DNA from: Gammaproteobacteria bacterium
GTDB taxonomy: Bacteria; Pseudomonadota; Gammaproteobacteria; JABXHR01
Length of the DNA stretch: 51,829 nt
Assembly: GCA_013373515.1 (NCBI GenBank)
Contig: JABXHR010000006.1
Location: 1-51,829 of the forward strand
Reading direction: 5' to 3'
Each line of letters starts with the position of its first letter. Positions within the stretch are counted from its first letter, which is position 1. Positions 1 through 10,209 of this stretch are shown here, piece by piece. The notes beneath the pieces are model-generated. The model did not search any database and had not been told where the DNA came from. It saw only the letters and a program-made list of their open reading frames with translations. Both the position numbers and the translations under genes were made by a program.

Positions 1-66
1 GTTGCTCCCTTCCGGGCCTGGCGGGGTTGACAGGCGACTGCCGCGAGGACACCGATGGGATCACCA
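1..66 (-). ncRNA. ffs: Signal recognition particle 4.5S RNA (3' part runs off the window)
   Basis: Reverse complement contains GCCAGGCCCGGAAGGGAGCAAC, matching the SRP domain IV motif (CAGG..CGGAAG..AGCA); 5' end approximate. Confidence 0.9.
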
Positions 67-77
67 TTGAAGCGAGT

Positions 78-106
78 ATTGTCGCCCGTATTACCAACAA
101 TGGCAA
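78..106 (-). promoter_or_regulatory. Putative sigma70 promoter for ffs
   Basis: Minus strand TTGCCA-N17-GACAAT just upstream of the RNA. Confidence 0.45.
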
Positions 107-156
107 ATCATTTGCTCTGAGGACACGATCGCGCAAACCGGACGTCGCCATTAAAA

Positions 157-185
157 TTGTCATATTGTTGTAACTTGACCGTCAC
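157..185 (+). promoter_or_regulatory. Pho box (three units) upstream of phoB
   Basis: TTGTCAT (157), TTGTAAC (168), CCGTCAC (179) in exact 11-bp register; consensus CTGTCAT. Confidence 0.8.
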
Positions 186-216
186 AAACTATCGCAACTC
201 TTTGGAATTAAAAGCC

Positions 217-900
217 ATGTCTCACAGAATTTTATTACTTGAGGACGACCTTGCGATTGCCCAGCTCGTTCGCGATGTTATGCAGCGCGAAGGCCACCAC
301 GTTTTTCATGTCACGACTGTGCGCGATGCATTGATTCAAACGGCGGATAACAAGCCAGATCTATTTATCGTCGACTGGATGCTGCCCGACTCCAGCGGCA
401 TCGAATTTATTCGGCGTTTGCGTGCTGATGAATTGCATCAGAACACAGCCATATTGATGCTCACCGCCAAAGACACAGAATCGAACAAGGTGACCGGTTT
501 TGATGCAGGTGCTGACGACTATGTCTCCAAACCCTTCTCCCCCAGAGAAGTGGCCGCGCGCGTCAATGCGTTATTGCGTCGCACCGTCCAATCCCAGAAC
601 CAAAACGAACTTAGAGCGGGCGATCTCAGCATGAACCTTGTGGCACACGCAGTCAGTGTGGCGGGCAGGTCAGTGCACATCAGCGGCACCGAGTTTCGCT
701 TGCTGCGGTTTTTGATGGAGAACCCCAATCGCGTGTTTAGCCGAAACCAACTGCTCGACCATGTCTGGGGCGTCTCCACCTATCTGGACGAGCGCACTGT
801 CGATGTACATATGCTTCGGCTACGCAAATCGCTGAAACCGTATGGCAAGGACAATGTTTTGCAGACAGTGCGAGGAGCGGGCTATAAACTGTCGGTCTAA
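217..900 (+). CDS. phoB: Phosphate regulon response regulator PhoB
   Basis: LEDD, DWMLP, GADDYVSKPFSPRE, ERTVDVH, LQTVRGAGY; start reassigned to ATG 217; pst context. Confidence 0.95.
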   Translation: MSHRILLLEDDLAIAQLVRDVMQREGHHVFHVTTVRDALIQTADNKPDLFIVDWMLPDSSGIEFIRRLRADELHQNTAILMLTAKDTESNKVTGFDAGADDYVSKPFSPREVAARVNALLRRTVQSQNQNELRAGDLSMNLVAHAVSVAGRSVHISGTEFRLLRFLMENPNRVFSRNQLLDHVWGVSTYLDERTVDVHMLRLRKSLKPYGKDNVLQTVRGAGYKLSV

Positions 901-2232
901 TTGGATACTCCGCCCAGCCTGATGAACTTGTTTTTTATTGACTGGAAGCTGCTTGGCTTTACCACCGGCACAGCATTGCTCATCGGGTTGAGCAGTGGCA
1001 ACTACTGGTTTTGGTTTTGCATGGCCATGCTGACCTATATCGTGGTGCAGAGCATTCACATTCGTGAACTCGCAACATGGGTATCAAAGGGCTCAAAGCT
1101 CGAATCCGCGCCAGATTTACCAGAGTTTTTCGGCGACATTGTTTCCAAGATTTACCGAATTCGCCGAAGTGACCGCAAACGTTACAAACGCACTAAGGCA
1201 AAGCTTGAGTGGTTCAACAAAACCGCCGAGTTCCACCCAGACGCAACCGTCATTCTCAATAGCGAACTAGAGGTGATCTGGGCCAATGCCAAATCCAGCG
1301 AGTTACTCAATATTGCCAATGGCCGCGACAACGGACTGAGAATCCTCAATATTTATCGTGACCCCGCACTGACGGGCTTGTTCAAACATCTCACCACCAC
1401 GAATGAAGTCGAAATCCGTTCGCCGCTGTTTTCAAATGTCACACTCGCCATACGCGCCACACCCTTTGCCGACGGCGATGTGTTTGTCACCGCACGCGAT
1501 ATCAGTGCACGCATCGAAAACCAGCGCAGCCGTCGCGCCTTTGTCGACAATGCCTCACACGAGCTGCGCACCCCATTGACCGTCATCAATGGCTACCTTG
1601 AAATGCTAGATGACGACCCGTCACTGGTCGAACACGTGCAACACCAAGTCAAAACCATGCGCGAACAGTCACAACAAATGGTCAACATTGTTCAAGACAT
1701 GCTGACCTTGTCCAAGCTTGAGGGCACTGAACTAATGCCCAATCAGGGGGAATGGATTGACTTATCGGCGCATATCGAGAGCTGGGTGAAGGCAGCCGCT
1801 GAAACCGGCAGATTCGATCATCATACCCTGGACCTAGAGCTCGATAGAGATGTCAGAGCACTTGTCATCGCCTCAGAAATCGAAAGTGTTTACACCAACT
1901 TGATCAACAATGCGGTAGCCTATACCCCTGCAGGCAGCCGCATCCAAGTCAGACTAAATATTAAGGCCGACTACCTTCGATTGGCGGTGATCGACAACGG
2001 CCCCGGAATCCCCGCACGTCATCTGCCACACTTAATGGAACGCTTCTATCGTGTCGACAGCGGTCGATCTCGGCAATCTGGCGGTACCGGCCTAGGTCTT
2101 GCCATCTGTAAGCACGTCATGCAACGCCACGGCGGAACGCTCACCGTAAAGTCACGTCTGGGCAGAGGCACCGTGTTTACGGCCACATTGCCGTCCAAGC
2201 GTGTCACCACCATCGATCAATCAAGGTCGTAA
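901..2232 (+). CDS. phoR: Phosphate regulon sensor kinase PhoR
   Basis: N-terminal TM segments, PAS-like region, H-box ASHELRTPL, ERFYRVD..RSRQSGGTGLGLAI; start may be ATG 922. Confidence 0.93.
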   Translation: MDTPPSLMNLFFIDWKLLGFTTGTALLIGLSSGNYWFWFCMAMLTYIVVQSIHIRELATWVSKGSKLESAPDLPEFFGDIVSKIYRIRRSDRKRYKRTKAKLEWFNKTAEFHPDATVILNSELEVIWANAKSSELLNIANGRDNGLRILNIYRDPALTGLFKHLTTTNEVEIRSPLFSNVTLAIRATPFADGDVFVTARDISARIENQRSRRAFVDNASHELRTPLTVINGYLEMLDDDPSLVEHVQHQVKTMREQSQQMVNIVQDMLTLSKLEGTELMPNQGEWIDLSAHIESWVKAAAETGRFDHHTLDLELDRDVRALVIASEIESVYTNLINNAVAYTPAGSRIQVRLNIKADYLRLAVIDNGPGIPARHLPHLMERFYRVDSGRSRQSGGTGLGLAICKHVMQRHGGTLTVKSRLGRGTVFTATLPSKRVTTIDQSRS

Positions 2233-2237
2233 AACAA

Positions 2238-2271
2238 CTGTCACAAAGCTGTCATATTCAAGGCGTAAATT
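2238..2271 (+). promoter_or_regulatory. Pho box and -10 element of the pstS promoter
   Basis: CTGTCAC-AAAG-CTGTCAT (2238-2255), near-perfect consensus, followed 10 nt later by TAAATT. Confidence 0.9.
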
Positions 2272-2326
2272 AGCATCATCGGCAGAACAACACGTCGAAT
2301 TGTTAAACCAACTTCAGGATTTTATC

Positions 2327-3358
2327 GTGAAAAATACAGCTTTATTGATCGCTATCTCAGCTTTGACAGCGGGTACTGCAAACGCAGCAGGCCGTGACTA
2401 CATCCAAATTGTGGGCTCATCGACTGTTTATCCTTACGCCACTGTGGTTGCAGAGCGTTTTGGTAAGAGCGGTTCTTTCAAGACCCCTAAGATCGAATCA
2501 ACTGGCACAGGCGGTGGCGCTAAATTGTTCTGCGCGGGCGTCGGTGAAGGCCACCCAGACATCACTAACGCTTCTCGTGCAATGAAAAGCTCTGAAAAAG
2601 AAATGTGTGCGGCCAATGGCATCAACGATATCGTTGAAGTGGTAATTGGTTATGACGGCATTTCATTCGCCAACGCGATCGAAGGCGCCAATCTTAACGT
2701 TGGTCTGAGTGAGCTTTACCTCGCCACCGCAAAGCACGTTCCAAACCCAGATGGCTCAGAGACATTCGTTACCAACCCTTACAAAAACTGGAATGAAATT
2801 CGTTCTGATCTTCCAGCACAAGCCATCGAGATCATGGGCCCACCACCGAGTTCAGGCACACGTGACGCCTGGGAAGAGCTTGCGATGATCGGCGGCTGCA
2901 ACACATTTGAATGGGTCAAAGCACTCAAAAAATCTGACAAAGACGCCTATGAAGAGAACTGCATGCACGTTCGTGAAGACGGTGCCTATGTCGAAGCGGG
3001 TGAGAACGACAACTTGATCATCCAGAAACTCGTTGCCAATCCAAATGCTTTCGGCATCTTCGGCTTCTCTTTCCTCGATCAAAACCTCGATGCAGTTAAA
3101 GGTGCGACTGTAGAAAGCGTACAACCAGAGTTCGAAACCATCGCCGATGGTAGCTACCCAATCTCGCGCCCACTGTTCTTCTATGTTAAAAAAGACCACG
3201 TTGGCGTTATCCCAGGCTTGGAAGAGTTCTTGGCTGAATTCACATCTGAGAATGCATGGGGTTCCGATGGTTACTTGGCAGACCGTGGTTTGGTACCATT
3301 GCCTGACGACAAGCGCGCCCAAATGGCCGCAGACGTCAAAGCACTGAAACCAATGTAA
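2327..3358 (+). CDS. pstS: Phosphate ABC transporter substrate-binding protein
   Basis: Signal peptide, VGSSTVYP, ESTGTGGG, PPSSGT, YPISRPLFFY; GTG 2327 with CAGGA RBS. Confidence 0.93.
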   Translation: MKNTALLIAISALTAGTANAAGRDYIQIVGSSTVYPYATVVAERFGKSGSFKTPKIESTGTGGGAKLFCAGVGEGHPDITNASRAMKSSEKEMCAANGINDIVEVVIGYDGISFANAIEGANLNVGLSELYLATAKHVPNPDGSETFVTNPYKNWNEIRSDLPAQAIEIMGPPPSSGTRDAWEELAMIGGCNTFEWVKALKKSDKDAYEENCMHVREDGAYVEAGENDNLIIQKLVANPNAFGIFGFSFLDQNLDAVKGATVESVQPEFETIADGSYPISRPLFFYVKKDHVGVIPGLEEFLAEFTSENAWGSDGYLADRGLVPLPDDKRAQMAADVKALKPM

Positions 3359-3382
3359 GTACCGTCAGGCTTACGTTTAGTA

Positions 3383-3410
3383 GAATGCCCCTCCCGGGGC
3401 ATTCCTTATT
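3383..3410 (+). terminator. Intercistronic stem-loop after pstS
   Basis: GAATGCCCC-TCCC-GGGGCATTC perfect 9-bp stem followed by CTTATTT. Confidence 0.65.
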
Positions 3411-3426
3411 TGAGACAGGGGAAATC

Positions 3427-4776
3427 ATGTCAATCAACACTTTACTGATTGCATTGGCGGTGCTGGCCATCATTGCCTATTGGAGCGGTGTTCAGCGTGC
3501 AAAGGGCTCGGTCGGTAGCTTGGCCAACATCAAGCGCCTGCACTCTCGGCCAACCTACCATGGTCTGCTTATGCTGTTTGGCATCATTGTGCCTGCGGTC
3601 ATATTGTTGATCGGACTATCTGCATTTGAAAACAGCATTGCAGAGCAGATGATGATCGCCCAAGTTCCCCAGTCCATGCTGCCCGCCGAGGGCCAATCGA
3701 CCGGCCTGCTGTTAACCCAAATACGCAACGCAGCATTTCTAGGCGACAGCGCCGACCCTGCCCTGTTAGATCTCAACACTAAATGGCAGAGCATTGTCGC
3801 CAATTTACAGACCATCAAGTATGGCCTGACGCTGGCCATCCCAGCGCTGGTCGCGATGGCCATATACTTTAAAATCAACCCAACATTTCGTGCCAGAAAC
3901 CGAGTTGAATCCGTTGTCAAATGGATTCTCATGACCTGCGCCAGCTTGGCCATTTTGACCACTGTCGGCATCGTCTTCTCGGTGCTATTTGAGTCCATTC
4001 GCTTCTTCAACATGATTCCGTTTACCGACTTTATGTTCGGTACACATTATTCACCGTCATCCGACACCTTTGGCGCCGTGCCATTGTTCGCCGGAACGGC
4101 GTTGATTTCTTTGATCGCATTGTTGGTAAGCGTGCCGCTTGGATTGCTTTCAGCGATTTATCTCAGCGAATACGCCACCCCCAGAATACGCGCCGTGGCA
4201 AAACCCGCGTTAGAGGTACTCGCAGGTATCCCAACCGTGGTTTACGGCGTTTTTGCGGCCCTGACGATTGCCCCTGCCATACGGAGCTTTGGCGAAACCA
4301 TCGGCTTATCCGTGTCATCCGAGAGCGCGTTGGCGGCAGGGCTGGTCATGGGGGTCATGATTATTCCCTTCGTATCATCGCTGTCTGACGATGTGATCAA
4401 CGCTGTACCCCAGTCATTACGTGATGGTGCCTATGGGCTTGGCTCAACGCGCTCCGAAACCATCCGTAAAGTGATCTTCCCTGCTGCGCTGCCCGGGATT
4501 GTAGGCTCAGTGTTGCTCGCGGCCTCGCGCGCCATTGGTGAAACCATGATTGTCGTGATGGCGGCAGGGCTCGCGGCCAATCTCACCGCAAATCCACTTG
4601 AAGCCGTGACGACGGTTACCGTGCAGATGGTTACCGCATTGGTGGGCGATCAAGAGTTCGAAAGCCCCAAAACACTAGTGGCATTTGCGCTAGGCCTAGT
4701 GCTCTTTGTCGCCACACTTCTACTCAATGTCATCGCACTTCACGTGGTGCGCCGTTACCGTGAGCAATACGACTAA
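3427..4776 (+). CDS. pstC: Phosphate ABC transporter permease PstC
   Basis: AIYLSEYA, EVLAGIPTVVYG, ASRAIGETM; multiple TM segments; start at ATG 3427. Confidence 0.95.
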   Translation: MSINTLLIALAVLAIIAYWSGVQRAKGSVGSLANIKRLHSRPTYHGLLMLFGIIVPAVILLIGLSAFENSIAEQMMIAQVPQSMLPAEGQSTGLLLTQIRNAAFLGDSADPALLDLNTKWQSIVANLQTIKYGLTLAIPALVAMAIYFKINPTFRARNRVESVVKWILMTCASLAILTTVGIVFSVLFESIRFFNMIPFTDFMFGTHYSPSSDTFGAVPLFAGTALISLIALLVSVPLGLLSAIYLSEYATPRIRAVAKPALEVLAGIPTVVYGVFAALTIAPAIRSFGETIGLSVSSESALAAGLVMGVMIIPFVSSLSDDVINAVPQSLRDGAYGLGSTRSETIRKVIFPAALPGIVGSVLLAASRAIGETMIVVMAAGLAANLTANPLEAVTTVTVQMVTALVGDQEFESPKTLVAFALGLVLFVATLLLNVIALHVVRRYREQYD

Positions 4777-6053
4777 TGAATAAACACACCACAGAAATCG
4801 TTAAGCAAGGCTTGCAAAAGCGCTACAACGCCGAACGCCGTTTTCGCGCTTATGGCATGTTCGCGATCTTGATCAGCGTCAGTTTTTTAGCCGTGCTGTT
4901 GACCAGCGTCATCGGTAACTCAGTGCCCGCCTTTCAGGAGTCGGTGATCGAGCTGGAAGTTGATCTAAGCCAAGACAATCTAGGCTTGAGCGCAAATCCG
5001 ACCGCCGAAGAACTGTTCAATGGCAGCTATGAAAACGCCGTCAAGGCAGCAAGCTACGCCTTGTTCGATATCAGCGGCCGTAAAGAAAAAAGAGCCATTC
5101 GTGACCTGATCAGCTCGGGTGCTTGGTACTCAGTACGGGATGCCGTGGTCGCGGACCCAAGCCTTCTGGGCAAGCCGCAAAAACTATGGGTACTGGCGTC
5201 AGATAACGCCGACCTCTACATGAAGGGGATCGTCACCTCAGACATGCCCGAAACCGCCCGCCGTCTATCTGATCAACAAGTGCAATGGCTGGATGAGCTC
5301 ATCAGCTCAAACCGCATACAAAAACAATTCGCCTACACCTTTTTTACCAGCGGTGATTCGCGGGAACCAGAAACAGCGGGTATATTGGCGGCACTCAAAG
5401 GCTCTTTGTACACTTTATTGGTGACGATTTTGCTTTCGGCACCGATTGGAGTTATGGCTGCCATCTATCTTGAAGAGTTTGCACCTAAAAATCGCCTAAC
5501 TGACATCATCGAAGTCAATATCAACAACTTGGCAGCCGTACCGTCAATCGTGTTTGGTTTGTTGGGTTTGGCCGTATTTTTAAATTTCTTCGAAATGCCC
5601 CGAAGCGCCCCCGTCGTTGGGGGTGTGGTTTTGAGCTTAATGACGCTGCCAACCGTCATTATCGCCTCAAGAGCGGCCATCAAAGCGGTGCCGCCCTCAA
5701 TTCGCGATGCCGCACTTGGGATTGGGGCGTCCCAAATTCAAACCACATTCCATCACGTCTTGCCACTGGCGATGCCAGGCATATTGACGGGCACCATCAT
5801 TGGTATGGCCCAAGCCCTCGGTGAAACCGCGCCGCTATTGATGATTGGCATGGTGGCGTTTATCGCCGACGTTCCGCAAAGTATCACCGACCCAGCCGCC
5901 GCATTACCGGTACAGATTTATCTGTGGGCAGACAGTCCTGAGCGCGGGTTTAGCTATAAAACCTCAGCCGCCATCGTGGTGCTATTGACGTTTTTGATCC
6001 TGATGAATGCTGCAGCAGTGATGCTGCGCAAGAAATTTGAACGCCGTTGGTAA
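4776..6053 (+). CDS. pstA: Phosphate ABC transporter permease PstA
   Basis: [32 protein letters not shown]. Confidence 0.95.
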   Translation: MNKHTTEIVKQGLQKRYNAERRFRAYGMFAILISVSFLAVLLTSVIGNSVPAFQESVIELEVDLSQDNLGLSANPTAEELFNGSYENAVKAASYALFDISGRKEKRAIRDLISSGAWYSVRDAVVADPSLLGKPQKLWVLASDNADLYMKGIVTSDMPETARRLSDQQVQWLDELISSNRIQKQFAYTFFTSGDSREPETAGILAALKGSLYTLLVTILLSAPIGVMAAIYLEEFAPKNRLTDIIEVNINNLAAVPSIVFGLLGLAVFLNFFEMPRSAPVVGGVVLSLMTLPTVIIASRAAIKAVPPSIRDAALGIGASQIQTTFHHVLPLAMPGILTGTIIGMAQALGETAPLLMIGMVAFIADVPQSITDPAAALPVQIYLWADSPERGFSYKTSAAIVVLLTFLILMNAAAVMLRKKFERRW

Positions 6054-6088
6054 GCCAGCCATCCATTCGAGACAATGAAGAACAGATT

Positions 6089-6913
6089 ATGACGACAAGC
6101 CTAGAAAACCAGCTTTACGAAGAGCTCAGCCAAACGGTTGGCAACATCACCGTCGATTCGCCCAAAATGCAAATGCAAAATGTCGACGTTCACTACGGCG
6201 CAAAGCAAGCCATCTTCGATATTTCCCTTGAACTGGGCAATAACGAAGTATTGGCAATGATCGGTCCCTCTGGCTGCGGCAAGAGTACCTTCTTGCGCTG
6301 TCTAAACCGCATGAATGACACCGTCGAATCTTGCAAAGTCGGCGGTAAACTTATGCTGGACGGTGAGGATATTTTTGCACCGGACATGGATGTGGTGTTG
6401 CTGCGTGCCCGCGTGGGAATGGTGTTCCAAAAACCCAACCCCTTTCCAAAGTCCATCTACGAAAACGTTGCCTATGGGCCTCGCATTCACGGCTTAGCGC
6501 GCAACAAGGCAGAACTCGATGATATTGTGATCAACAGCCTAAAGAAAGCTGGCCTGTATGAGGAAGTGAAAGCACGTCTCGACTCGCCTGGGACTGGTCT
6601 ATCCGGTGGCCAGCAACAACGCCTTTGCATCGCACGCACCATCGCTGTCAGCCCAGAGGTCATCCTCATGGACGAGCCTTGCTCTGCGCTCGATCCGATT
6701 GCAACCGCCAAAATTGAAGAGCTAATTGCAGAGTTAAAAGAAAATTTCTCAATTGCCATTGTGACCCACTCGATGCAACAAGCGGCACGCGTGTCAGATA
6801 GAACCGCCTACTTCCATTTGGGCAAGCTGGTCGAAGTGGGAAAAACCGACGACATCTTCACCACACCTCAGCACCAACTGACCGAAAATTACATCACCGG
6901 CCGCTTCGGCTAG
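6089..6913 (+). CDS. pstB: Phosphate ABC transporter ATPase PstB
   Basis: [42 protein letters not shown]. Confidence 0.97.
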   Translation: MTTSLENQLYEELSQTVGNITVDSPKMQMQNVDVHYGAKQAIFDISLELGNNEVLAMIGPSGCGKSTFLRCLNRMNDTVESCKVGGKLMLDGEDIFAPDMDVVLLRARVGMVFQKPNPFPKSIYENVAYGPRIHGLARNKAELDDIVINSLKKAGLYEEVKARLDSPGTGLSGGQQQRLCIARTIAVSPEVILMDEPCSALDPIATAKIEELIAELKENFSIAIVTHSMQQAARVSDRTAYFHLGKLVEVGKTDDIFTTPQHQLTENYITGRFG

Positions 6914-6922
6914 GAGACAAAC

Positions 6923-7621
6923 ATGCCAGATTTTGGAAATTTCAACAGCCACATTTCTCACCAATTTAATGAGGAAATTGAAGCCATCCGCACAGAGATC
7001 CTGCAAATGGGCGGTATGGTCGAACAACAAATACGCTCAGGCATGCAAGCCCTTTTAGAGCGCGACAGTGCACTTGGAGAGCAAGTAGCCAAGGGGGATC
7101 AGCCCATTAATGCCCTGCACAAACAAATCGATGAAGAGTGCATGCGAATTTTGGCCAAACGCCAGCCAACCGCATCAGATCTTCGTTTGGTCATTTCGGT
7201 CATGCGTACCGTCACCGACATCGAACGTGCTGGCGACGAGGCAGCCAAAATCGGTAAGATCGCCCAACAACTGGCTGTGGACGGTGAGTGGCCCCAGGTA
7301 ATTGAAGAGCTCGAAGAAGTCGGCGAGCAAGTACGCCAAGCATTTTCAGCAGCACTAGACGCCTTCGCACGCATGGACTCCGAAGAAGCCTTCAATATTG
7401 CCATTGGTGACAAGCAGATTGACCACCTCTATAAACTCGTACTTAAATCAATGCTTGAGATGCAGGTCGAAGATAAATCAGACCTTGAACGATTTCTCAA
7501 AATGACCACAGCGGCCAGATCATTGGAACGAATTGGTGATCACGCTAAAAACGTATGTGAGGGCGTGGTGTTCTTGGTTAAGGGACGAGATATCCGTCAC
7601 ATACAGCCCGAGGAACTGTGA
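6923..7621 (+). CDS. phoU: Phosphate signalling protein PhoU
   Basis: RQPTASDLR, DIERAGD, LERIGDHAKN. Confidence 0.95.
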   Translation: MPDFGNFNSHISHQFNEEIEAIRTEILQMGGMVEQQIRSGMQALLERDSALGEQVAKGDQPINALHKQIDEECMRILAKRQPTASDLRLVISVMRTVTDIERAGDEAAKIGKIAQQLAVDGEWPQVIEELEEVGEQVRQAFSAALDAFARMDSEEAFNIAIGDKQIDHLYKLVLKSMLEMQVEDKSDLERFLKMTTAARSLERIGDHAKNVCEGVVFLVKGRDIRHIQPEEL

Positions 7622-7695
7622 AGTCGTTAACCCTCTGTTCGCAAATATTCAACATACTAGTTATCACAGAAACAATGTATATGAATAAGTAAGCC

Positions 7696-8337
7696 ATGCG
7701 TAGAGTGGGATGTTTTATCGCGGTTGCAGCCCTCAGCGGCTGCAACGCCATTGATCACCATACACAGTTCTCAAAGGCAGACAATGGGCCGATGGAGCAG
7801 AACATCGTCAGCTGCCAAACGCCAACGGCAAAAAAGTATATTAGCCTTCAAAACACAGCTACTCGCCCGCCACGAGATTACAAAATCGTATCGACCGAGT
7901 CGCTGATATCACGACTTGATGAGGGCTCAACTGCATGGCAAGCCCTCAATCAGTCCATAGATGGAAATTACAGTTATATCCGCCACTTTCAGTCTTGGAC
8001 CGGGGCGAATTTTCAGACGCAAGTTGACGTCAAAAACAATACCGTCAAGAAAAAGACTACGACGACTATGGCAGTAGACCCAGGTGCCGCAGACAATGTG
8101 GAAACGGTCACCGCCCCCGATGCATTGGCATCAAACGACAATGGTTACCCTGGGCTGACCTATGAGCAACTGGTCAATCAGTGCAGAGCGGATATTCAAG
8201 CGCTATCGCAGACCAACACACCCGCACAGTTCAACCTTTGTCTTGACCAAGACGTCATCGTCAGTTGCTTGCCAGTGGACTTGCGCATTGCGGATGATCA
8301 GCCGCTCGGCTTCACCTTCTCGCGCTTGAGTTACTAG
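7696..8337 (+). CDS. Hypothetical lipoprotein
   Basis: Lipobox LSGC after a short basic/hydrophobic leader; no family recognised. Confidence 0.65.
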   Translation: MRRVGCFIAVAALSGCNAIDHHTQFSKADNGPMEQNIVSCQTPTAKKYISLQNTATRPPRDYKIVSTESLISRLDEGSTAWQALNQSIDGNYSYIRHFQSWTGANFQTQVDVKNNTVKKKTTTTMAVDPGAADNVETVTAPDALASNDNGYPGLTYEQLVNQCRADIQALSQTNTPAQFNLCLDQDVIVSCLPVDLRIADDQPLGFTFSRLSY

Positions 8338-8356
8338 CAAGAGTGCGGTGTTCGCA

Positions 8357-8689
8357 TCAGGCGAGCTTGGCGCCGTTTTGAATATGGCCATCTGGCTGTG
8401 CCAGTTGTACTTCACCCTCAGCGTTGTGGGCACCGAGCAGTAAAAACTCCGACATCAATGGCCCAACTTGCCTGGGATCAACATTCAGCAGTCCAAATAC
8501 CTGTCGTCCCACCAAGCCCTCTGCGGTGTATCGGTCAGTGATTTGCGCGCTGGTTTTCTTGACTCCAAGCTCGCCAAAATCTACCCAAACTTTTAGTGCA
8601 GGTTTGCGCGCCTCGGGAAAAGACTGTACCTCAACAACCGTGCCGACCCGAATATCGCAGCCCTGAAAAGCCTCGAAGCCGTTAGTCAT
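8357..8689 (-). CDS. csaA: CsaA/Trbp111-like tRNA-binding chaperone
   Basis: DIRVGT, FPEARKPA, KTSAQIT, SEFLLLG; ATG 8689 overlaps the pncB stop. Confidence 0.88.
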   Translation of the reverse strand: MTNGFEAFQGCDIRVGTVVEVQSFPEARKPALKVWVDFGELGVKKTSAQITDRYTAEGLVGRQVFGLLNVDPRQVGPLMSEFLLLGAHNAEGEVQLAQPDGHIQNGAKLA

Positions 8690-10209
8690 TGCCGGTATCG
8701 CTTGATCAGCGTCTGCTTCAAGTTCCACAATTTTTCACTCAGCGAAACATGGTAGATATGCGGGTTAATCATCCGACGCACCCCAAGGTCCAATCGCTCC
8801 ATATCGCTGTTGCGTCGATCGCGAATATTTTGCAGTAATTCATCGTCATCCAGATCCACCTGCGTAAGCATCGGTTCGATTCGGTCGATTTGACCGGGCT
8901 CGAGTTCACGCTGGCGCATTGTGTCGATTGGGTGATGCAAAGTCAGACCACTAGATGATTCGAAGGATTCTTCTTCCAATGAAATAAAATCTGCGGCTGC
9001 TAGGCCGCGCTGATCGTAGATACGCCATAACTGTTTTCGGCCTGGATTTGGGGTTTTCATTGAAGACTCAGACAACTTGATTGCCGGCTGCCAACCCTGC
9101 TCTGACTGAATCGAGACCAACTTGTATACCCCACCCAATGCCGGCGCGCCATCTGAGGTCATCAGCTTAGTGCCCACGCCCCATACAAGCGTGTCGAGCA
9201 AATGCGTCGCATCGACGTCATAGCGATAAGACTCATTTTGAATTTGGGTGATGATTTGCCAGATCGCCATCTCATCTAAGTTGTTGGAAAGGGCAATCGA
9301 GGCAGCGCAAAACCCCGCTTCGTCGAGCTGACGGCGCACTTGAATTGCAAGGTGCGCCAAGTCTCCTGAGTCCAGTCGAACACCGACCGGCTCATGGCCC
9401 TGCGCTTTTAAATGCTCAAATACACGAATGGCATTTGGTACGCCGCTATTTAGAGTATCGACGGTATCGACAAGCAACAAACATTGATCTGGATACAAAT
9501 CGGCATAGGCCATAAAGGCATCAAACTCACTCATCCCAAGTGCCATAAATACCTGCACCATGCTGTGAGCATGTGTCCCACGCGCTGCGAGTCCCATCGC
9601 AGCAGACACACCGACGTTTGAAGAAAAATCTGCGCCGCCAATTAAGGCCGCACGGCTGCCAGCATTAGCACCCCACCCCTGCCCGCGGCGAAGTCCAAAA
9701 TCGAGCATTAATCGACCACGACCCGCCGCCTTGATGCGTGCCGCGCGCGTTGCGATTAGGGTTTGGTAATTGAGCATCGCCAAGAGCGGCGTTTCGATTA
9801 GCTGTGCAATGGCCAACGGACCCTCAACCACAGTCAATGGTGTATTTGGGTGGACTAGCCTCCCCTCCGCCACGGCACGGATGTTTAGTACGCGAAAATC
9901 AATGCTGGCCAACCAAGACAGATAGTCTTCTGCAAAAACGGGTTCGCCCTGACTGTTTTTGTGCTGCCTTAAAATGCCGAGCTCTGCTGGCCCTACGCGC
10001 AAACCACGCAGCCAAGCTTTAAACTCGCCCATCCCGCAGTTCACACAGTAGCCCGCAGAATGGTCTCCGTAATTGGGATAGGTCCGAAAGTAATGTTCAA
10101 ACTGCGCAGGGCGCTCATGAAGCCCCTGTTTGAAAAACAGTTGCGACATGGTGAATTGGTAGAAGTCATTGAATAACAGACTTCGCTCAACTGCATTTTC
10201 AGTAGGCAA
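8686..10209 (-). CDS. pncB: Nicotinate phosphoribosyltransferase
   Basis: DFYQFTM, DFGLRRGQG, GTHAHS, LVDT, GVRLDSGD, LGGVYKL. Confidence 0.93.
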   Translation of the reverse strand: MPTENAVERSLLFNDFYQFTMSQLFFKQGLHERPAQFEHYFRTYPNYGDHSAGYCVNCGMGEFKAWLRGLRVGPAELGILRQHKNSQGEPVFAEDYLSWLASIDFRVLNIRAVAEGRLVHPNTPLTVVEGPLAIAQLIETPLLAMLNYQTLIATRAARIKAAGRGRLMLDFGLRRGQGWGANAGSRAALIGGADFSSNVGVSAAMGLAARGTHAHSMVQVFMALGMSEFDAFMAYADLYPDQCLLLVDTVDTLNSGVPNAIRVFEHLKAQGHEPVGVRLDSGDLAHLAIQVRRQLDEAGFCAASIALSNNLDEMAIWQIITQIQNESYRYDVDATHLLDTLVWGVGTKLMTSDGAPALGGVYKLVSIQSEQGWQPAIKLSESSMKTPNPGRKQLWRIYDQRGLAAADFISLEEESFESSSGLTLHHPIDTMRQRELEPGQIDRIEPMLTQVDLDDDELLQNIRDRRNSDMERLDLGVRRMINPHIYHVSLSEKLWNLKQTLIKRYRQ

